Positions 29,174-39,173 of a DNA stretch of 64,000 bases are shown in pieces; within the stretch, counting starts at the first letter, position 1; each line of letters starts with the position of its first letter. The notes under the pieces were generated by a model. That model was not told the DNA's origin, did no database searches, and was given only the letters and a program-made list of their open reading frames with translations. The stretch is from the NCBI GenBank assembly GCA_903850915.1, contig CAINMV010000034.1, positions 37 to 64,036 of the forward strand. Reading direction: 5' to 3'. A program made the position numbers and the translations under genes. Origin of the DNA: an uncultured Bacteroidota bacterium (lineage in GTDB: Bacteria > Bacteroidota > Bacteroidia > UKL13-3).

Positions 29174-30394
29174 ATGTCACTCAACTTTTCAGACACCGAA
29201 ATCGCATTCAAAAGCAAAAGCAATGTCGCAATTAAAAAAGCAGCTTGGCTTTTTAAAAGCTTCAACTATCCTTTTATTGTTCAACAAGGGCCATTACTTG
29301 CGGCCTGGGCATTAAAATGGCATTTCCCATTTATTGGAAGCCTAGTTAAAGGCAGCATATTTAGTCAGTTTTGCGGTGGAGAAACCATTGAAGAATGCAG
29401 TAAAACGGTAAATTTTTTAAACCATTCCAATGTAAAATCTATACTTGACTACAGCGTTGAAGGAGAAGAAAACGAGTCTAACTTTGACCATACCTGCCGC
29501 GAAATCATTAGAACTATTGATGCTGCGCAGCAAAATTCAGCCATCGCCTTCAGTGTTTTTAAAACTACAGGTATTGTTAGAAATGCCTTGTTAGAAAAAT
29601 TAAATCCGAGCAGTGCTAAGATACTTGAAACCAAGAAAGCCCTAGAAATAAAAGACTACTCTTCGCTGTTAAGTCCCTTAGAATACAAGGAATGCGAGCT
29701 CGCTTTCACTCGTTTTTCATTGATTTGCGATGCCGCTGCAGCTGCCAACATACGTTTGTTTGTGGATGCTGAAGAAACTTGGATACAAGACACCATTGAT
29801 GCCTGGACTGAAGCCAATATGCGAAAGCACAACAAGGCCAAGGCCATTATTTTCAACACAGTTCAAATGTATCGCCACGACCGGGTAAAATACATGAAGA
29901 GACTTGTGGAAATGGGTGAAGACCTTGGATTCTATATCGGATTTAAAATTGTGCGTGGCGCCTACATGGAGAAAGAGAGAGAAAGAGCCTTGGTGATGAA
30001 CTACCTATCACCGATACAGCCTGACAAAGAACATTGTGACCGTGACTTTGATGACGCTCTGTTTTATTGCATTCAAAACTCAAAAGTCGCAATTTGCTGT
30101 GGCACACATAATGAAGAAAGCAGCTTAAAACTAACAAAATGGATGCAAGAAAAAGGCATCTCCAATAACGACGAACGCATTTACTTTGCACAGCTTTTAG
30201 GCATGAGCGACCATATCAGTTTTAATTTGGCTGCTTCAGATTATAATGTAGCGAAATACGTTCCATATGGACCGGTGCAAGCCGTGCTTCCTTATTTAGC
30301 AAGAAGAGCCCAAGAAAACAGCAGTGTAAAAGGCCAAGTTGGTCGTGAATTAAACCTTATTAAGAATGAATTGCAACGGAGAAATTCAAATTGA
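29174..30394 (+). CDS. Monofunctional proline dehydrogenase
   Basis: QFCGGE, LDYSVEG, VDAEETWIQ, KIVRGAYMEKE, GTHNEES, FAQLLGMSD, KYVPYGP, YLARRAQEN. Confidence 0.94.
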   Translation: MSLNFSDTEIAFKSKSNVAIKKAAWLFKSFNYPFIVQQGPLLAAWALKWHFPFIGSLVKGSIFSQFCGGETIEECSKTVNFLNHSNVKSILDYSVEGEENESNFDHTCREIIRTIDAAQQNSAIAFSVFKTTGIVRNALLEKLNPSSAKILETKKALEIKDYSSLLSPLEYKECELAFTRFSLICDAAAAANIRLFVDAEETWIQDTIDAWTEANMRKHNKAKAIIFNTVQMYRHDRVKYMKRLVEMGEDLGFYIGFKIVRGAYMEKERERALVMNYLSPIQPDKEHCDRDFDDALFYCIQNSKVAICCGTHNEESSLKLTKWMQEKGISNNDERIYFAQLLGMSDHISFNLAASDYNVAKYVPYGPVQAVLPYLARRAQENSSVKGQVGRELNLIKNELQRRNSN

Positions 30395-31659
30395 AGATAC
30401 AACTAACACCAACAGAGCTTGAATCCTTAACACATGCCTTGCCATTATGGAGCATGCAATTTGACTATGCTTGTATTTTAAACTCCAACCACTGTGCATC
30501 TGCCTGCGATTATGACACCTATGAAATTATTGCAGGTGTGGCGAATAAAGGAGCCGTAACCTATTCTGAATCGAATACCTTAAATTTTAATAACAAATGG
30601 CAGCTTGGTTATTTAGGCTATGAAAATCGCAATCATCTGCACGGCATAATTTCAAACAAACCGACAAAATCTGGATTCGATTCTAGTTTCTTTTTTGAGC
30701 CTGAGTTTTTAATTGCGATTAAAAAAGGCAGTTCGGAAGTTGAGGTTCATGGCAACCTTGAACTTTCAATTCAAGAAATTATGAGTTATCCTAAAGATTC
30801 TAACACAAATACGGAGGTAAAACTCACTGCGCGTGTCACCCGTGAAAATTATATTGACACCATAGAACAGATCAAAGAAAATATCATTAAAGGGACCTTT
30901 TACGAACTCAACTATTGCATGGAGTTTTACCAAGACGAAATTGAAATTAATCCAGGCTTGGTTTTTAATAAACTTTTATCCATTTCACCTACACCATTTG
31001 CATCGTTTTTTAAACATAACCAACAATTTTTAATGTGTGCTAGTCCGGAGCGTTTTATAAAAAAAACGTCACGTATAATTATATCACAACCAATAAAAGG
31101 AACCATAAAAAGAGGAAAAAACAAGGATGATGATGAGGCGTTAAAAACAAAGCTTAAACAAAGTGATAAAGAGCGCGCAGAAAACATCATGATTGTAGAT
31201 TTGATGCGGAATGATTTAGCACAATGTGCGCTAACCGGCACCGTGCGTGTGGACGAGCTGTTTGGCGTGTATACCTTTGCTACGGTGCATCAGTTGATTT
31301 CTACCGTCTCTGCCACCTTAGTGCCAGAGATTTCATTGCTTGAAATTCTAGATCACACCTTTCCCATGGGAAGTATGACTGGAGCACCCAAACGAGAGGT
31401 AATGCATTTTATTGCGCAAATTGAACCTACGGCTCGAGGTCTTTTCAGTGGAAGCGTTGGCTATGTTAACCCCAACAACGACTTCGACTTTAATGTCGTC
31501 ATACGCAGCATTACCTACAACCAAGACAACCGATACCTATCATGCCATGTAGGAAGCGCCATTACCTATGATGCTGATGCCGCTGCTGAGTATGAAGAAT
31601 GCTTACTTAAAGCAGAAACTATGTTTAAAGCATTGGACACCCATACTCCAAACCGTTGA
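30391..31659 (+). CDS. pabB: Aminodeoxychorismate synthase component I (chorismate-binding)
   Basis: ASPERF, QPIKGT, KERAENIMIVDLMRNDL, VHQLISTV, FPMGSMTGAPK, DFNVVIRS, EYEECLLKA. TTG start overlaps the upstream stop. Confidence 0.85.
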   Translation: MKIQLTPTELESLTHALPLWSMQFDYACILNSNHCASACDYDTYEIIAGVANKGAVTYSESNTLNFNNKWQLGYLGYENRNHLHGIISNKPTKSGFDSSFFFEPEFLIAIKKGSSEVEVHGNLELSIQEIMSYPKDSNTNTEVKLTARVTRENYIDTIEQIKENIIKGTFYELNYCMEFYQDEIEINPGLVFNKLLSISPTPFASFFKHNQQFLMCASPERFIKKTSRIIISQPIKGTIKRGKNKDDDEALKTKLKQSDKERAENIMIVDLMRNDLAQCALTGTVRVDELFGVYTFATVHQLISTVSATLVPEISLLEILDHTFPMGSMTGAPKREVMHFIAQIEPTARGLFSGSVGYVNPNNDFDFNVVIRSITYNQDNRYLSCHVGSAITYDADAAAEYEECLLKAETMFKALDTHTPNR

Positions 31660-31716
31660 AAATTGTGTACAACGATACAACGCTGAAGATTACATTCGCC
31701 TTTAAAAAAAATACCA

Positions 31717-32331
31717 ATGAAACACCTGTTAATTTTAGTGGCTTTCTTTGCTACTATAACCCTGAAAGCACAAACCGCCAAAAAAGCCAGCAATGGCGGA
31801 AATAGCTCAAAAGGAAGCACGGTGACTTCCGAAAAGCCCAAACCAGCTGCATCGCCAAAGGCCAAGCAAAAACCTGCTGTTAGGCAGTCGTTAAGCGAAT
31901 TCCGAAAAATTCATTGGGGCTCAAGGCTCGATTCAATTCTTATTGATGGAGCCAAACCTACCTTTGTGAAAACATCAGAATTTGGCAAAAGTGAAAATAA
32001 TGCCTATTATATTGAGAATGATGATTTGACAATTGGAACTGTTCCTTTGCAAAAAATTCTTTATGTATTTACGGCAGATAGCGCCTTATCTCGCGTGGTA
32101 TTAACTGGCGACAAAAAGAAATTTGGTGAGATGAAATATATCATCGCGTATAAATTTGGCGAGCCAACCATCGTTGACAAAGCCGATGGCTATGATTGCG
32201 TTTGGGAAATGGACGATTGTAAAATCAGATTAAGTTTTGAGAACGACCTAAACATTTTCACTGTAAATTTCTTTAGTGATTATGAAATATCGAATAGCAA
32301 AAGAGAAAACCGTAGTGTAGATGATTTTTAG
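31717..32331 (+). CDS. Hypothetical secreted protein with Lys/Pro/Ser-rich linker
   Basis: Signal peptide ending LKA-Q, low-complexity linker, ~140-aa globular domain starting FRKIHWG. Confidence 0.7.
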   Translation: MKHLLILVAFFATITLKAQTAKKASNGGNSSKGSTVTSEKPKPAASPKAKQKPAVRQSLSEFRKIHWGSRLDSILIDGAKPTFVKTSEFGKSENNAYYIENDDLTIGTVPLQKILYVFTADSALSRVVLTGDKKKFGEMKYIIAYKFGEPTIVDKADGYDCVWEMDDCKIRLSFENDLNIFTVNFFSDYEISNSKRENRSVDDF

Positions 32332-32337
32332 GCTAAC

Positions 32338-33375
32338 CTAAAATGCTTTGTAGCCTTGCTTTTCGAGGCTTATTTTTGTTCCACTCTTAGTATAGCTAAA
32401 CATTCCTTCGGAAACCGGAGTGCAATATCCAATGATATGAATGTCTTTTATAGCCTTCACCTTTTCGAAGTCGGATTGGCTTATTGTAAACAACAACTCA
32501 TAATCCTCACCACCACTAAAGGCGACTGTAGGAGGATTAAGATTCATCTCCAAGGCCACATCAAACGTTTGTTGATCGATGGGGAGCTTTTCTTCATAAA
32601 TTATTACGCCCACATTGGATTGCTCTGCAATATGAAACAATTCAGAAGCTAATCCGTCACTAATATCTATTAGGCTGGTTGGTTTTATCCCCGCTAGTTT
32701 TAGCGCCTCCAACTCTTTATTGGCGCATTCAGGTTTTAGCTGTTTCCCGATGATAAAATCATAATTTTGAATGTCTGGCTGAATGTTTGGATTCTCGAGG
32801 AAGATACGTTTCTCACGCTCTAAAATTTGCAAACCCATATATGCGGCTCCTAGATCTCCAGTTACACAAATCAAGTCGTTTTCTTTAGCACCATTACGGT
32901 AAATTATATCCTCTTCTGCAGCAACACCTATGGCGGTAATACTAATTGTTAAGCCTTGTTTTGTATTTGAGGTGTCTCCACCTACCAAATCCACCTTGTA
33001 TTTATCGCATGCGAGATAAATACCATCATAAAGCTCTTCCATTGCCTCTACGCTAAAACGATTGCTCATGGCTACACTCACCAAAATCTGCTCTGGAATT
33101 GCATTCATGGCAAACACATCACTTAAGTTAGCGACAACGGCCTTATAGCCGAGATGCTTTAATGGTGTATAGCTTAAATCGAAATGAACACCTTCGACAA
33201 GCAGATCGGTAGTTATCACTTTTTTTGTGTCAGAAGTAGCATCAACAACTGCACAATCGTCGCCAATACCTTTGAGCGAGCTTGCGTTCTTCAGTTCATT
33301 ACCCTCTGTAAGCCTTTTAATCAAGCCAAATTCGCCAAGGTCACTAATTTCGGTACGTGAATTATTTTCAAACAT
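32338..33375 (-). CDS. thiL: Thiamine-monophosphate kinase
   Basis: GEFGLI, GIGDDCAV, TTDLLVEGVHF, NLSDVFAM, GGDT, IDISDGL, GGEDYELLFT. Confidence 0.96.
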   Translation of the reverse strand: MFENNSRTEISDLGEFGLIKRLTEGNELKNASSLKGIGDDCAVVDATSDTKKVITTDLLVEGVHFDLSYTPLKHLGYKAVVANLSDVFAMNAIPEQILVSVAMSNRFSVEAMEELYDGIYLACDKYKVDLVGGDTSNTKQGLTISITAIGVAAEEDIIYRNGAKENDLICVTGDLGAAYMGLQILEREKRIFLENPNIQPDIQNYDFIIGKQLKPECANKELEALKLAGIKPTSLIDISDGLASELFHIAEQSNVGVIIYEEKLPIDQQTFDVALEMNLNPPTVAFSGGEDYELLFTISQSDFEKVKAIKDIHIIGYCTPVSEGMFSYTKSGTKISLEKQGYKAF

Positions 33376-33462
33376 AGTGGCAAAGATAAACAGGAAATCA
33401 CGAAATGTTTATTCCATCGTATCAAATTACCAAGACATTAATCTCGCTATTAAAAAATAATA

Positions 33463-34158
33463 TTAATTCTCGTTTTGACTTTGGCCGATTTTTTCGAGTG
33501 CCATCTTATAAACAAGTTGAAATTGCTCATCGCGAGTTAGGTATGAATTATCAATTTCTATAGCATTGTCGGCCTTGGCAAGGGGGCTATCAATGCGAGA
33601 TGTATCAATTAAATCCCTGGTTTTTAAATTAGCGGCGACATCATCATAGTTGCCAAGAACACCTTTTGTTTGCATCTCATCGAGGCGTCGTTGTATACGA
33701 ACCTCATCATTAGCAACCATAAATATTTTCACTTCAGCATCAGGAAATACGACAGTGCCAATATCACGTCCATCCATTACTAAGGCTCTTTGGTCTCCCA
33801 TGATTTTTTGCTGATGCACCAAGAAACGTCGAACAGCACTAATAGCGCTAACTGGGCTTACAAAATTTGCAACACGCAACGTACGAATTGCGATTTCGCG
33901 ATCTTCGCCATTTAAAAAAGTGTCGGTTTGATTTGTATTCGGATTGTGCTTAAATTCAATGATAATATTATTTAGAGCTTCCTCAATGCTCTTTTCATCC
34001 TCAATATCAACATTGTTCTCTAAAAAATATAAAGTTACAGCGCGATACATCGCACCTGTATCGATATACCGATAGTTTAGGCTCGCTGCCAGGGCTTTTG
34101 CCAAGGTGCTTTTACCACAACCAGAGAATCCATCTATTGCTATTATAATTGATTTCAC
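33463..34158 (-). CDS. cmk: Cytidylate kinase
   Basis: IAIDGFSGCGKST, IDTGAMYRA, VMDGRDIGTVVFPDA. Likely GTG start at 34158. Confidence 0.95.
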   Translation of the reverse strand: MKSIIIAIDGFSGCGKSTLAKALAASLNYRYIDTGAMYRAVTLYFLENNVDIEDEKSIEEALNNIIIEFKHNPNTNQTDTFLNGEDREIAIRTLRVANFVSPVSAISAVRRFLVHQQKIMGDQRALVMDGRDIGTVVFPDAEVKIFMVANDEVRIQRRLDEMQTKGVLGNYDDVAANLKTRDLIDTSRIDSPLAKADNAIEIDNSYLTRDEQFQLVYKMALEKIGQSQNEN

Positions 34159-34310
34159 GATGCGTTGCGAAGATAACTCAAATGTGCAGAATTGAAAACT
34201 CACAGTGAAAGAAACGTTGCCCTTCAAACAATTTATCTTTCAATTCTCCGTTACAACAACAATATTTCCCTTATTTTTGTCCAAATTCTATCCTGTTTCT
34301 CAACCTACAG

Positions 34311-35660
34311 ATGCATACCAATAAACTCGGGCAACCATTAATCATTGTTTTTGCCACCTTCCTGATTTTATTAGCATTATCTTTCTTAAAACCAACAATA
34401 ATTTTCGGCTATCAATTGAAGCCCGTGGAATTACTTTCAGAGATAACACCTACAGAAGTAAAAGCAGACACATTAGGCGTTCAGGATAGCACCCTCATCA
34501 TTAAAAAAGATACCGTAGTTCGTGACCTTTCCGACATTATCGACTATCGCAGCGACTCTGCGCTCCTGCGTTTTTTCACTTCACTGCAAAAAACCGGAAA
34601 AAGCAAACACCAAACCCGCATTGCTTATTTCGGCGACTCCTTTATTGAAGGCGATTTAATTACCCAAGACTTACGTGCATTACTGCAAGATAAATTTGGT
34701 GGTGGCGGTGTAGGCTATATGCCTATAACAAGTATAGTTGCTGGATTTCGACAATCTGTTTCACATACTTTTGGAGGTTGGCAAACATATTCCTTCGCTA
34801 ACGATCTACCCAAAAGCCATGGTTTATTTATTTCTGGATTCACATTCGTTCCAACATATAACGATACGATAGACTCTACTGCGAAACATAATGGGAGCTG
34901 GGTTACGTATTCCGCAGTTAACAAACCTCGCTTAAACTCCTTTGATAAAGTGCGACTTTTTTATGGCAATAGCAATGCCAATAATTATGGAACACTTAAT
35001 GGAATAAATTTTCCACTAAACGACTCTGGCATCTTTAATGAGCTAACCTTTAGAGGCCCCTTTAGCAGCGTAAATGCAAACTTCAATTGTAATTCAAAAA
35101 TTGACATCTTCGGGATGAGTTTAGAAAGCGATACAGGCGTTATTGTCGACAATTTTTCCTTCCGAGGGAATTCCGGATTGACAATGAGTAAAGTAGCGCG
35201 AGAACTCTACCGAGCCTCCAACGAAAAACTAACGTATGACTTAATAGTATTGGAGTACGGATTGAATGCCATTTCAGAAAAAGCCACTGAATACAAATGG
35301 TATGAGAAAGGATTTTCGACCATGTTGAAGTTTATTAAAACTTGTTACCCCAACACTGATATTCTGATTGTAGGACTAGGCGATAAAGCCCTTCGCGTGA
35401 AAGGAGTTTATGTGGAAGACCCGGCAGTGAAACAAATTTTAGCATTAGAACAGAATGTAGCCTTTGAAGAGCGATGTGCCTTTTGGAGCCTATATGATGC
35501 GATGGGTGGCGAAGGAAGTATGATTGCATGGGCCGACTCTATTCCGGCATTAGCGAATAAGGACTATACCCATTTAAACTTCAGAGGAGCAAGGCAAGTA
35601 GGGACATTGTTTTATGAAAAACTCATGAAGAAATATAACGAATTCAACACCCAACATTAA
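34311..35660 (+). CDS. SGNH/GDSL-family protein (PatB/Ape-like O-acetyltransferase or esterase)
   Basis: N-terminal TM, RIAYFGDSFIEGD, FGGGGVGY, NFSFRGNSG, LEYGLN, KDYTH catalytic D-x2-H. Confidence 0.85.
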   Translation: MHTNKLGQPLIIVFATFLILLALSFLKPTIIFGYQLKPVELLSEITPTEVKADTLGVQDSTLIIKKDTVVRDLSDIIDYRSDSALLRFFTSLQKTGKSKHQTRIAYFGDSFIEGDLITQDLRALLQDKFGGGGVGYMPITSIVAGFRQSVSHTFGGWQTYSFANDLPKSHGLFISGFTFVPTYNDTIDSTAKHNGSWVTYSAVNKPRLNSFDKVRLFYGNSNANNYGTLNGINFPLNDSGIFNELTFRGPFSSVNANFNCNSKIDIFGMSLESDTGVIVDNFSFRGNSGLTMSKVARELYRASNEKLTYDLIVLEYGLNAISEKATEYKWYEKGFSTMLKFIKTCYPNTDILIVGLGDKALRVKGVYVEDPAVKQILALEQNVAFEERCAFWSLYDAMGGEGSMIAWADSIPALANKDYTHLNFRGARQVGTLFYEKLMKKYNEFNTQH

Positions 35661-35663
35661 TTC

Positions 35664-36890
35664 ATGTTCAAGAAATATATAAATCTTTTTTTGTTAATCG
35701 TGTCAGTCAATTTTGGGTTATTGGCTCAAACACCCGCGACGTCATATCCATTTATAAAAACGAGTATCAATCGAATTGAAAACGACAGCATTTATCTTCA
35801 AGATTTTTATGATAAATTATATCGCCTAAAAACACAAAATCATGGTGTTGTTCGTATTGTTCATATTGGCGACTCCCATATTCAAGCGGATATGTTAAGT
35901 GGTACTGTTAGACTAAATATGCAAGAACAATTTGGGAACGCCGGCCGTGGTTTAATATTCCCATACCGGGTAGCGAATACCAACGGGCCAAGCGATATTA
36001 CTTCGGGAAGTAACGTGCTATGGGCCGCTAAACGGAACGTTTTTTTCATGAATCCTATACCCATTGGAATCAGTGGCATAACAATTGAAACACACGCTGA
36101 AAATGCCTATATCTCCGAAAGTTTAGGCAACACCACAGGACGAGATTATAGCTTTAACCACGCCACAGTATTTTATCAACAAGGGCCCGATTTCTATGAC
36201 TTCTTGATTAGTGATAAAAGCGATGTTTCGGCCTTCGAACACGACTCTTGTTATTTCAGAAATAGTGTTACTTTTAACAGTATTATACCAGTAAATGCTA
36301 TTACCATTAAAACATTTTCGCAAGATACCTGCGTTCAAAAAACAGCTCGTTTGTTTGGCGTACTGCTTCAAAACGATAGCGCTGGCGTGCTTTACAATAT
36401 GGTTGGTGTAAACGGAGCAGAGTATCGTCATTATTTGGCTTCCGAATATTTTGCAGAGCAATTGAGCTTCCTTCAACCTGACCTCATCATTGTTTCATTA
36501 GGCACAAACGAAGCCATGAATGGCAATTTTAAAAGCGACGTATTTTATGAAACTATTAATCAAACAATAGAGGCCATAAAACAGAAGTCGCCCAACGCTA
36601 AATTTTTACTCACCACTCCTCCAGATTCTTATCGCTGGTATAACCGCAGACCGTACAAAAACATCAACACCAAAAAAGCAGCGGAAACTATTATCCGATA
36701 TTGCTGTGATAATAACATTGCATATTGGGATTTAAATTCCGTGATGGGAGGCTATGGAAGTATGGGATACTGGGCCAAATATGGCTTATCGGCTAGAGAC
36801 TACGTTCATTTTCAGCCAAAAGGCTATAAACTACAGGGCAACTTATTATATCAAGCACTTCTCCATAACTACAAGAAATATACCCGATAA
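35664..36890 (+). CDS. SGNH/GDSL-family protein (PatB/Ape-like), second member
   Basis: Signal peptide, VHIGDSHIQAD, FGNAGRG, GVNGA, SLGTNE, RDYVHF-x3-GY. Confidence 0.87.
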   Translation: MFKKYINLFLLIVSVNFGLLAQTPATSYPFIKTSINRIENDSIYLQDFYDKLYRLKTQNHGVVRIVHIGDSHIQADMLSGTVRLNMQEQFGNAGRGLIFPYRVANTNGPSDITSGSNVLWAAKRNVFFMNPIPIGISGITIETHAENAYISESLGNTTGRDYSFNHATVFYQQGPDFYDFLISDKSDVSAFEHDSCYFRNSVTFNSIIPVNAITIKTFSQDTCVQKTARLFGVLLQNDSAGVLYNMVGVNGAEYRHYLASEYFAEQLSFLQPDLIIVSLGTNEAMNGNFKSDVFYETINQTIEAIKQKSPNAKFLLTTPPDSYRWYNRRPYKNINTKKAAETIIRYCCDNNIAYWDLNSVMGGYGSMGYWAKYGLSARDYVHFQPKGYKLQGNLLYQALLHNYKKYTR

Positions 36891-36895
36891 AACAA

Positions 36896-38374
36896 ATGCT
36901 CGACCTTCATAAAATTGCATCACAATTAGTTTATAATAGCAAAGACCCTTTGTTATTTAACAGCGGTTTTTTCTTGATATTTTTTATTGTATTTCTATTC
37001 GGCTATCTTTTGGTTCACAAAAAACCCATGGTGCGAATATTATATTTCACCTTGTTTTCGTTTTACTTTTTCTACAAGGCTTGTGGGTTTTATTTTATAC
37101 TGATTCTCATTTCTGCTGTCGTCGACTTCACCCTCAGCAACTTAATTTATTCTGCATCATCAGATAAGAAAAAGAAAATACTACTCGTCATTAGTGTTAT
37201 TATCAACCTAGGACTTTTAGCCTATTTCAAATACACTAATTTCTTTATTGAGATAATAAATGATGTGACCAACGGCAATATTCAACCCTTAAAATTGCTT
37301 TTGCCAATTGGGATTTCATTTTACACCTTTGAAAACCTAAGTTACACCATCGATGTTTATCGAGGTAAATTCACACCCGTAAAAAGCTTCCTAGATTATT
37401 GCTTCTTTCTCTCCTTCTTTCCAAAATTAGTCATGGGACCCATTGTGCGCGCCTCGGATTTTATACCGCAAATACGAAAGAACATTTTGATTACTCCAGA
37501 ATATGTTAGTGGTGGGTTGTATTTGATACTTAGTGGATTATTTAAAAAAGTTGTGATAAGCGATTATATTTATGTAAATTTCGTTCAGTATATCTTCGAC
37601 GACCCATCTAGGCATTCAGGTATAGAATGTTTGCTTGGAGTTTATGGCTATGCAATGGTTATTTATTGCGATTTCTCCGGCTATAGCGATATGGCAATAG
37701 GCATTGCCAAGTGGGTAGGAATCGACATCAACATCAACTTTAATTCTCCATATCAATCGAGTTCCATCACTGAATTCTGGAGACGATGGCATATTTCCCT
37801 TTCGAATTGGTTGAAGGATTATTTATACATTTCTTTAGGAGGCAACAGAACGGGGAAATTAAGGCAATATCTTAATTTAATGATTACGATGTTACTCGGT
37901 GGATTGTGGCACGGTGCAAGTTTGAATTTTGTTGTTTGGGGTGGCATGCATGGTCTTGCTTTGGCATTAGACAAACTAAAACACCAATGGATGTTGCGAT
38001 TGCCAGTGGGATTTCAGAATTCGAAATCAATTAAACTGCTTGGTGTCCTATTTACCTTTCATTTCGTTTGTTTTTGTTGGATTTTTTTCAAGGCCTCTTC
38101 CTTTTCCGATGCGCAAATAATATTAAGTCAAATTGCATTCAACTTTAATGGCGCAGCTGCATTTACTCTGCTTAAGGCGTATCTGCCCGTTTTCCTTATT
38201 TTACTTCTCGCCTATTTATTACATGCAATACCGAGCCGATTTGAATCTAAATCTATTGATTTTCTCACACAGATGCCTCTTGTTTTTAAGATAGCAATAA
38301 CAGTATTTGTTGTTTGGATAGTTATTCAAAGTAAACAAGCGGAAGCCGTAATGCCCATTTATTTGCAGTTCTAA
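36896..38374 (+). CDS. MBOAT family O-acyltransferase (AlgI/PatA-like)
   Basis: LLFNS, YFKYTNF, PIGISFYTF, GPIVRA, YCDFSGYSDMAIG, EFWRRWHISLS, GLWHGA, FIY/IYLQF-type C-terminus. Confidence 0.93.
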   Translation: MLDLHKIASQLVYNSKDPLLFNSGFFLIFFIVFLFGYLLVHKKPMVRILYFTLFSFYFFYKACGFYFILILISAVVDFTLSNLIYSASSDKKKKILLVISVIINLGLLAYFKYTNFFIEIINDVTNGNIQPLKLLLPIGISFYTFENLSYTIDVYRGKFTPVKSFLDYCFFLSFFPKLVMGPIVRASDFIPQIRKNILITPEYVSGGLYLILSGLFKKVVISDYIYVNFVQYIFDDPSRHSGIECLLGVYGYAMVIYCDFSGYSDMAIGIAKWVGIDININFNSPYQSSSITEFWRRWHISLSNWLKDYLYISLGGNRTGKLRQYLNLMITMLLGGLWHGASLNFVVWGGMHGLALALDKLKHQWMLRLPVGFQNSKSIKLLGVLFTFHFVCFCWIFFKASSFSDAQIILSQIAFNFNGAAAFTLLKAYLPVFLILLLAYLLHAIPSRFESKSIDFLTQMPLVFKIAITVFVVWIVIQSKQAEAVMPIYLQF

Positions 38375-38390
38375 TTGCTAAAAAAACTTT

Positions 38391-39173
38391 ATGCCTGCAA
38401 ACACTACATCACCAAGTTATTTCGACAATTTTCAATTGAATTTATGCGCTATAAATGGCCTAAACTTGAGATTTCGATTTAAGGCAGCTAACCTTATTAT
38501 ATTTTGCCTCGCATTTTGGAGCACTTCATATTCTCAACAAAACAAAAAAATTGAATTGCAATTCAATCCAACATTCAAACGTCAATCATTAGCGCTCGAC
38601 TCCATTTATTACCATCTCAACCAAACCGATAGTGTACAGTTTACGGTGCTCAAGTTCTACATATCCAACATCTCTCTTTTCGCAGATAGCCAACTCGTTT
38701 TTAGAGAAGAAAATAGCTTCCATTTAATTGATGCCTCTTTAAAAGGAAGTTTGATGCTCCCCCTTTCGGTACCGCAATCAGCCTTCTTTAATACCATTAA
38801 ATTTAATTTAGGTATCGATAGCACTACGAATGTTTCAGGGGCATTGGAAAACGACCTTGATCCGACAAAAGGCATGTATTGGACTTGGCAGAGTGGCTAT
38901 ATTAATTTTAAATTAGAAGGGAATAGCAACCAATGTAAAACCAGAAAAAACGAATTTAAATTTCATTTAGGTGGTTACTTAGCACCCTTTGAGGCTCTAA
39001 GAAAAATAACATTACCAGTGCAGCATAACGATTCAATTAGTATTGACTTTCCTTTAGATTTGTTTCTCTCTAAATTAGATTTATCTGTGGAGAATGAGGT
39101 AATGATTCCAGGCTATAAGGCGATGTTGATTGCCACTAAAGCTGCGGCAGAATTTAAATCGGACACACCATGA
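38391..39173 (+). CDS. mbnP: MbnP family copper-binding protein
   Basis: LKFYISNI, IKFNLGID, G-x-LDP-x2-GMYWTWQSGYINFKLEG (WxW), FHLGGY. True start may be TTG 38466. Confidence 0.85.
   Translation: MPANTTSPSYFDNFQLNLCAINGLNLRFRFKAANLIIFCLAFWSTSYSQQNKKIELQFNPTFKRQSLALDSIYYHLNQTDSVQFTVLKFYISNISLFADSQLVFREENSFHLIDASLKGSLMLPLSVPQSAFFNTIKFNLGIDSTTNVSGALENDLDPTKGMYWTWQSGYINFKLEGNSNQCKTRKNEFKFHLGGYLAPFEALRKITLPVQHNDSISIDFPLDLFLSKLDLSVENEVMIPGYKAMLIATKAAAEFKSDTP

Noticed and set aside
25732-31659. aroB/A/C + pabB + proline dehydrogenase as a secondary-metabolite cluster
   Set aside because: All are primary-metabolism enzymes in two divergent units, with no tailoring, carrier-protein or export genes.
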